A stretch of 64,000 bases of DNA from Eledone cirrhosa (lineage: Eukaryota). This document shows positions 55,486 to 64,000 of the stretch, one piece after another. The DNA is taken from contig OZ024742.1 of assembly GCA_964016885.1 (NCBI GenBank), positions 139,128,001-139,192,000 on the forward strand. The letters run 5' to 3'. Position 1 is the first letter of the stretch, and every line of letters starts with the position of its first letter. The translations under genes and the position numbers were made by a program. Below the pieces are notes generated by a model. The model made no database searches, had not been told where the DNA came from, and saw nothing but the letters and a program-made list of their open reading frames with translations.

Positions 55486-56888
55486 TTCGATGACGACTAA
55501 ACCTGCAACCCCGCCAAGTTTACATGGTGAGGAGGGTGATTCCCTGGATACCCTGCAGGACAAAAAACAAAACCTAACAAAGGGCGGAAGAACTCTTAAG
55601 ATTCAAAAGCCATCCAAAAATCTGTAAATATGTCTATAGATGTATATGTATATGTAAATCTGTATATGCATGTGTGCATGTATATGTATATGTGTGGGGA
55701 CATAGAAATTGTCGGGCTGGATACGATATCGCGCGGTTAAACCCCTGGGAGTGAAGGACCACTAGTCTTTGTCACGGCATTCTTCTACAAAAAGGCAACT
55801 CAGGAAACTGGGATAACTCCGACATAAAACCTGCGGCTCAGTAGTTGCCGATGATGTTTATCTTTTCTTCTTTTCGGGTTATAGCTACCGTCGCTCAGAG
55901 AATGGGATTGGCTCAGTGCACAGTATTTCCTCACTTTAAAAAACATCTTCACGCACACGCATTACACAATGGTATTAATTAATAATTATTAATAATGTTA
56001 TATCGTGCAATGGCCATACTTGATAACAAGGGGGCAGCCATCATGTATATATATGATATTAAATAACAGTAAGTATAAGTAGAATTTTAAAACGTATACT
56101 TTACACACTATATATATATTTCTCAGTTTTCTAAAATGTCGCACAATAGTAAGTCTGTCGAGTGAGCGAAGCAGTCATTGTTGACTTTTAATTACGTTCT
56201 GGAGAATAAATATATATAATGACTTAGGGAGATATTTTTCTTGAGTAGGTAAGGCGTTATAACGAAATATAAGGCCATATAATGTACCTTCGAATATATT
56301 CATTCATTAATATCGTTTATAAAACAGAAAAGAATTGCTTAATTAAATGTATATTTATATATGCGGTAAATTGATATATCATTTAATAAAATCGACGTTA
56401 TTATTCCTAAAATTATATTAATTACATCATCTGTATTAGATAGCAAATGTATAGAAGCTAGGACTTCCATTAAACTATATATGTTTATATAATATACTAT
56501 TTATAAGTGAAAGGAATGCTATTTCTGATACAATATCAGTCGATCTGTCTTATTTGAATTTCTTTAGTACATAATTGTTTCTACTTTTGGCACAAGACCA
56601 GCAATTACCCAGTGCATTACTGGTACATTATTTTATCGACCCCGTAAGGATGAAACGCAAAGTTAACCTCGGCGCGATTTGAACTCAGAATGGCAAGGGC
56701 CGTAACTCTATTCATCAAAGCATGGCGTCCAACCCTCTACGGATACTGCCAATCCACCGCCATTTCTTTAGTACTTAATGTTAAGAATTATCGTAACTTT
56801 CAATAATATATATTGAACTGGTATTATAGAAAATAAACAAAATAATTTTTAATCATTATCATAATAAGATATATCTCTGTATTTACAG

Positions 56889-56912
56889 CTGCTACTACCG
56901 TTGAAAGTACAA
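56889..56912 (+). CDS. 24-nt phase-1 micro-exon (xATTVEST)
   Basis: tctctgtatttacag|CTGCTACTACCGTTGAAAGTACAA|gtaagt. Confidence 0.8.
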
Positions 56913-57869
56913 GTAAGTAATCATTATATAACAATACACATATTTTGTCCATATGAATTATTTTACAAGGATAGCAAGCAAATTTATATTTATTGGTCGA
57001 TTACAATCTTTGAAAAATCAAATAAGGATTGCTTTATAAAATGTATAATGAAGCTAATGATAACAGAAGCTGAAATACTTGAAGCCCTCAGCGGCTGTAC
57101 GATGAACATATCACTCGGCTACGGTGGTCTCCTCTATGCGGTTTACATAGACATGTTAGATATGTTCTGCAATGATTATGATAGTCTTCTCTATGAGTTT
57201 AACATAGACATGCTAGACTTGTTCTCCAAACTCCTTCAACCTGCATGCAGCACAAAGCATTAATACAGGGAAATTCTCTGTTCTGTAATTCGGGGTGTAG
57301 TAAAGGTGGTTGAGAAAGGGGTTGTTATTGATAATATCCAACCCATAAATGTGCTTCACATACAGTTCAATACTTTGACCAATTTGCTAACAACCTGGTT
57401 GGCATTAGACCTGGAAATTGTGTTAGAAGATTGGCAGACCAGCGAGTTCCCGGACTGGTCTATACAGTACTACCTCCACATCAGGTGATATATGGTAGAG
57501 AGTGTAGGGATTAAATCTGGCTTCGGTGGGGTTCTCGTGAAATTGGATCAATCGAAACTTTTCCATATTGTCCAACATCGATACCTAGAGAGTGTTCTCA
57601 AGGTAGCTGGATCTGGTCACGTGTTCAGAAGCTGGATCGTTGTAATGCGCAGCGGCATTACACAGTTCAAAGTAATTGACCACCTATCTTAAGTGTTCTA
57701 TATCAATCACTTCTTACAACAAGAATGACATCTCCCCTCCTCTTGAAAGTTCTGTATCTCGAGCCAGAACTGCAGAAGCTGGAACATTTGTTGGAATTTT
57801 GTAATTATATATTATATTGTAATTATATATTATTATAACCTTAATAATATATATCTCTTTGCATTACAG

Positions 57870-57893
57870 CGACTGTTTCCACTGGAAGTACAT
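57870..57893 (+). CDS. 24-nt phase-1 micro-exon (xTVSTGST)
   Basis: tctctttgcattacag|CGACTGTTTCCACTGGAAGTACAT|gtaagt. Confidence 0.8.
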
Positions 57894-58075
57894 GTAAGTA
57901 ATCATGACATAATAATATACATTTTTTTGTCCATTTTACAAGGATATCATGTGAATTTATACTCATGGTTAACTTTATGACAATATTTTGTGTTTTTCAT
58001 ATTATTCAATTCATAAAATTAACGAAAGTAGCAATATTTATTACCGTAATAATATATCTCTTTCTGTATTTACAG

Positions 58076-58099
58076 CGAAAGATCCAGTTCAAAACAATT
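58076..58099 (+). CDS. 24-nt phase-1 micro-exon (xKDPVQNN)
   Basis: ctttctgtatttacag|CGAAAGATCCAGTTCAAAACAATT|gtaagt. Confidence 0.78.
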
Positions 58100-58236
58100 G
58101 TAAGTAATTCTCATATATCAATACACATTTTACTTGATAGAAATATATTATTTTTCACTCATAAAATCTACCTTTGAATTCATTGATCTATTAATATCTT
58201 TGATAAAACAGTAAAGAATTGCTTAATAAAATTGTG

Positions 58237-58267
<31 letters not shown>

Positions 58268-59780
58268 TGCAATGTGATATATTTATTTTAATAATAAGAG
58301 TAACGATGTTAGTTCCATCTTAAATTATATTAAGTACATCGTCTGTATTAGCTAACAGCTGTATATCAGCTAGGTCTCCCTTTAAAGTATACATGTTTAT
58401 TCAATGTTGGATCTGTTTCTTGACTCGCAACCTCCTCCTTTGCTGTTCAACATTTGACCATTTTGTTTTGTGGAATGTGTCTTGCAGTAGACAAAGAAAG
58501 GCAACGTTACCATGGGTATATCTGCTGTAACCGGATTATTTGATGCAGGTGTGGATGTAAATGGATTTGCTATATTTCTTGAATGACTTGCTTAAATTTA
58601 AGGTTAGACAACTGTCAGGGTCTAACGTTAAAATTAAGCCACTCCTAAAAATAAATATGAACTTTTCAGTTATAACAAATATCTATAGTTTAGTGGATTG
58701 TAATATTCATTCATTGACAGCAAGCCACAGATTGTATAGCTAAGCATCGGACTTCTAAACCTGTGAGGTCTCCGAGCCAATACCTCGTGTGTCTATGTTG
58801 TAATTCAACCCTATACGGGATTCCATAAAAAGAATTCGTTAGATGTGTTTGAATTTATGCGTGTTGTTTCCACCTTCGGTTCTACCACTATGTCAGCTTC
58901 CTTTATACTATAAGCAATTGGTTTATATGTTAAATATTCTTATGTTCAGCCATACGGATGATGACAACAATGGCGCTTATGGATATACCCTAAAGTTGCT
59001 GATAACTACATTTTCGCGTGATAGTTTTAGTATTTCACAGATCGTATTGCAACTTTACTTATGAGGCTGCGCCAAGTAAGGTTCTTTTAGTGAGGCTGTA
59101 TACACTATATATTATTCTATCTACGAAAGAGTAACGGAAAGTCAACTGCCATGTGTGTGAGATATAGAATGGACTCTCATATCTAGAACGACGCATGTTC
59201 TTCCAGTTGTTTGAGGAACTGAGCGATCTACTCGGCAATATTTCGATTTAAATATAACGGAATTGAAAGAATAAATTTAACAACATCCGTACATAATCAA
59301 GTAGCTTTGGTATCAAGGTGCAATGGGCCGAAACACATACTCAGTTACTCCACCGCCTGTTGCTCAAAGCTTTTTCTGTTTGTAATGTGGATTAGACGGC
59401 ATTGATACAATAGCAATACGAAATTAAGCGAATTGTTCTCGTGTTCGTTCCGCAGAGAGAGGTTGTACGTATATCAAACGCAGACACCTGATTTTATCCA
59501 CAATCTATCTATCTATGTATCTATCTATCTGTCTGTCTGTTTGTCTGTTTGTCTGTTCTGTCTGTTTGTCTATCTATCACTCTCTGAATTTAGTAGTTCT
59601 AAACTTGTGACACGTGAGCTCTTTCTATCTATCTATCTGTCTAACTATCTATCAATCTCTGCATGAAGTGGTCCTAAACTTGTGACACATGAGCTCTTCT
59701 CAGACAGGAAGGAAGTCAAAACTAACCATTGTTAAGGAACACGATGGCGGGAAATTGAAAACTTGAGTATATATATATAT

Positions 59781-59835
<55 letters not shown>

Positions 59836-60297
59836 ATTCCGTATCTCTCGAATTTTGGCTGAGTGCTCTAATTATTGACGGCTATTTCTGGACTCCAGAA
59901 ATAGCCGTCGAAACGGTTTGAGTTCTGCCGTCGGGTTTAAACTTTCTCATATATATATAAATATATATATATGCGGTAATTTGATATATCATTTAATTAA
60001 AAAAATCGACGTTTCTAAAATTATATTGAATTCATCAATCTGTATTAGATGGCAAATGTATATAAGCTTGGACTTCTATTACAGTATACATGTATGTTTA
60101 TGTAATATAATATTTATAAATGAAGGGAATGCTATTTATGATAAAATATCAGTCGATCTGTCTTATTTAAATTTTTTTAATACATAATGTTAAGAATTAT
60201 GGTAACTCTCAATAATGTATATTGAACTGGTATTATGGAAAATAAACAAAATAATTTTTAATCATTACCATAATAAGATATATCTCTGTATTTACAG

Positions 60298-60321
60298 CTA
60301 CTGTTACCGTTGAAAGTACAA
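60298..60321 (+). CDS. 24-nt phase-1 micro-exon (xTVTVEST)
   Basis: tctctgtatttacag|CTACTGTTACCGTTGAAAGTACAA|gtaagt. Confidence 0.8.
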
Positions 60322-61281
60322 GTAAGTAATCATTATATAACAATACACATATTTTGTCCATATGAATTATTTTACAAGGATAGCAAGCAAATTTATATTT
60401 ATTGGTCGATTACAATCTTTGAAAAATCAAATAAGGATTGCTTTATAAAATGTATAATGAAGCTAATGATAACAGAAGCTGAAATACTTGAAGCCCTCAG
60501 CGGCTGTACGATGAACATATCACCCGGCTACGGTGGTCTCCTCTATGCGGTTTACATAGACATGTTAGATATGTTCTGCAATGATTATGATAGTCTTCTC
60601 TATGAGTTTAACATAGACATGCTAGGCTTGTTCTCCAAACTCCTTCAACCTGCATGCATCACAAAGCATTTATACCGGGATTTTCTCTGTTCTGTAATTA
60701 GGGGTGTAGTAAAGGGGGTGAAGAAAGGGATTGTTATTGATAATATCCAACCCATAAATGTGCTTCACATACAGTTCAATACTTTGACCAATTTGCTAAC
60801 AACCTGGTTGGCATTAGACCTGGAAATTGTGTTAGAAGATTGGCAGACCAGCGAGTTCCCGGACTGGTCTATACAGTACTACCTCCACATCAGGTGATAT
60901 ATCGTAGAGAGAGTAGAGATTAAATCTGGCTTCGGTGGGGTTCTCGTCAAATTGGATCAATCGAAACTTTTCCATATTGTCCAACATCGATACCTAGAGA
61001 GTGTTCTCAAGGTAGCTGGATCTGGTCACGTGTTCAGAAGTTGGATCGTTGTAATGCGCAGCGGTATTACACAGTTCAAAGTAATTGAGCACCTATCTTA
61101 AGTGTTCTATATCAATCACTTCTTACAACAAGAATGACATCTCCCCTCCTCTTGAAAGTTCTGTATCTCGAGCCTGAACTGCAGAAGCTGGAACATTTGT
61201 TGGAATTTTTTGTAATTATATATTATATTGTAATTATATATTATTATAACCTTAATAATATATATCTCTTTGCATTTACAG

Positions 61282-61296
61282 CGACTGGAAGTACAT
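61282..61296 (+). CDS. 15-nt phase-1 micro-exon (xTGST)
   Basis: tctctttgcatttacag|CGACTGGAAGTACAT|gtaagt; an in-frame 9-nt deletion relative to 57870-57893. Confidence 0.75.
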
Positions 61297-61478
61297 GTAA
61301 GTAATCATGACATAATAATATACATTTTTTTGTCCATTTTACAAGGATATCATGTGTATTTATACTCATGGTTAACTTTATGACAATATTTTGTGTTTTT
61401 CATATTATTCAATTCATAAAATTAACGAAAGTAGCAATATTTATTACCGTAATAATATATCTCTTTCTGTATTTACAG

Positions 61479-61646
<168 letters not shown>

Positions 61647-62696
61647 GCAATGTGATATATTTATTTTAATAATAAGAGTAACGATAATAGTTCCATCTTA
61701 AATTATATTAAGTACATCGACTGTATTAGCTAGCAGCTGTATATCAGCTAGGTCTCCCTTTAAAGTATACATGTTTATTCAATGTTGGATCTGTTTCTTG
61801 ACTCGCAACCTCCTCCTTTGCTGTTCAACATTTGACCATTTTGTCTTGTGGAATGTGTCTTGCAGTAGACAAAGAAAGGCAACGTTACCATGGGTATATC
61901 TGCTGTAACCGGATTATTTGATGCAGGTGTGGATGTAAATGGATTTGCTATATTTCTTGAATGACTTGCTTAAATTTAAGGTTAGACAACTATCATTGTC
62001 TAACGTTAAAATTAAGCCACTCCTAAAAATAAATATGAACTTTTCAGTTATAACAAATATCTATAGTTTAGTGGATTGTAATATTCATTCATTGACAGCA
62101 AGCCATAGATTGTATAGCTAAGCATCGGATTTCTAAACCTGTGAGGTCTCCGAGCCAATACCCCGTGTGTCTATGTTGTAATTCAACCCCATGCGGGATT
62201 CCATAAAAAGAATTCGTTAGATGTGCTTGCATTTATGCGTGTTGTTTCCACCTTCGGTTCTACCACTATGTCAGCTTCCTTTATACTATAAGCAATTGGT
62301 TTATATGTTAAATATTCTGATGTTCAGCCATACGGATGATGACAACAATGGCGCTTATGGATATACCCTAGAGTTGCTGATAACTACATTTTCGCGTGAT
62401 AGCTTTAGTATTTCACAGATCGTATTGCAACTTTACTTATGAGGCTGCGCCAAGTAAGGTTCTTTTAGGGAGGCTGTATACACTATATATTATTCTATCT
62501 ACGAAAGAGTAACGGTAAGTCAACTGGCATGTTTGTGAGATATAGAATGGACTCTCCTATCGACAACGACGCATGTTCTTCCAGTTGTTTGAGGAACTGA
62601 GCGATCTTCTCGGCAATATTTCGATTTAAATATAACGGAAGTGAAAGAATAAATTTAACAACGTAGATCAAACGCAGACACCTGATTTTATCCACA

Positions 62697-62732
<36 letters not shown>

Positions 62733-62928
62733 GTTTGTCTATCTATCACTCTCTGAATTTAGTAGTTCTAAACTTGTGACACGTGAACACTTTCTATCTA
62801 TCTATCTATCTATCAATCTCTGCATGAAGTGGTTCTAAACTTGTGACACGTGAGCTCTGCTCAAACAGGAAGGAAGTCAAAACTAACCATTGTTAAGGAA
62901 CACGTTGGCGGGAAATTGAAAACACGAG

Positions 62929-63063
<135 letters not shown>

Positions 63064-63409
63064 TTAATGGTGCTATGATGCTTCCATAGGCGGTATGCCA
63101 GTTGAGCACTCTATGTTCTTACAGAGCAGAGTGTGATATAATATAAAACGAAAACGAGACACGATCATTGTATGGATCTGTCTGATTCTAGACCTGCAGG
63201 TTTGTCAGACACTTGCAATAATTTCGGAACAAATTTTCTCACTGGGGTTTTAGCTTCAGAAAACATCTTCCTCGCTTGTCCTGATGTTGGCTGTTGTTTT
63301 TCTACGTCATCATAAATTCTGGCCAATATTTGCTGCCATACTGCCCATCAGCTACTCTCCGTCCGACACACTTCAATGAATTCATGCTGGGTTTGGTATT
63401 TCACAAGTC

Positions 63410-63890
63410 ACTCACACACGCATATACACACACATACACACACACACATATATACATACACATACATACGCACATACATATATACATATATATATATACA
63501 CATATATACATACACACACATGTACATATACACACCCATATACATATACACACACGCTCTCACATACACACACACACACGCCCACGACCATATAACTTAC
63601 AACATACGCGCCCACAGGCGCCTGCCTACATGCCCTCGTACATCAACTCTCACACGCACGCGCACACACACACACACACATACACAGACACGCATACAAG
63701 GACACACACATGCGTCCGCGTACATCTACACATATACACAAACACGTACAAACACACACACACGCACATACACACGCCTGTCCGTACAAAGAGGCACAAA
63801 GACAGACACGCTTCCAAATACACACATACCACACACATACATATCTATCAATCTATTTATCTATATATATATATATAGAGAGAGAGAGAA
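63410..63890. repeat. (CA)/(TA)-rich low-complexity tract
   Basis: Directly visible; the His/Thr-rich ORFs here are artefacts. Confidence 0.85.
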
Positions 63891-64000
63891 ATTACGTGAA
63901 TCAAAGTTCAGTTTGAATCATTTATTTGCTTACAATTGTTTCCTCCAAACCGAGGTTTGGATTCTTCGGAGCAACTATTTAGTGATTTTTTACATACTTG

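Noticed and set aside
57870-57893. Similarity of the micro-exon (TTCCACTGGAAGTACAT) to the satellite unit (TTCAACTGGCGTTACAT)
   Set aside because: Short partial match compatible with chance; the satellite lacks the splice flanks.
58400-59450. Possible coding exons or transposase in the duplicated 58.4/61.8-kb and 50.3/53.9-kb blocks
   Set aside because: No recognisable motifs and stops in all frames; left unassigned.

Overview
Eukaryotic, AT-rich, repeat-dominated DNA. The tRNA-derived SINE family, dense (TA)n/(CA)n microsatellites and retroelement mix suggest an octopod cephalopod (inference). Bases 1-14899 are a 45-bp satellite array with higher-order duplications, ending abruptly at a 5'-truncated R4-like (restriction-like endonuclease) retrotransposon. 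From 15 to 48 kb lie decayed Penelope-like, CR1-like, Tx1/L1-like and RTE-like retroelements, a mariner relic, Helitron ends, SINEs and several inverted repeats that carry minimal hammerhead-ribozyme motifs. The main hidden signal is not in the ORF track. It is a candidate micro-exon gene on the + strand: a TATA-preceded signal-peptide exon (36004-36052) and at least 7 intact symmetric phase-1 micro-exons of 24 or 15 nt (49211-61296), plus 4 damaged copies. These sit in ~3.4-4 kb tandem duplications whose introns are nearly identical while the exon cores differ. Spliced together they would encode a secreted Thr/Ser-rich, mucin-like peptide that could vary combinatorially, reminiscent of schistosome MEG genes. 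No 3' exon was found in the window. All coordinates were read by eye, and element boundaries are approximate.
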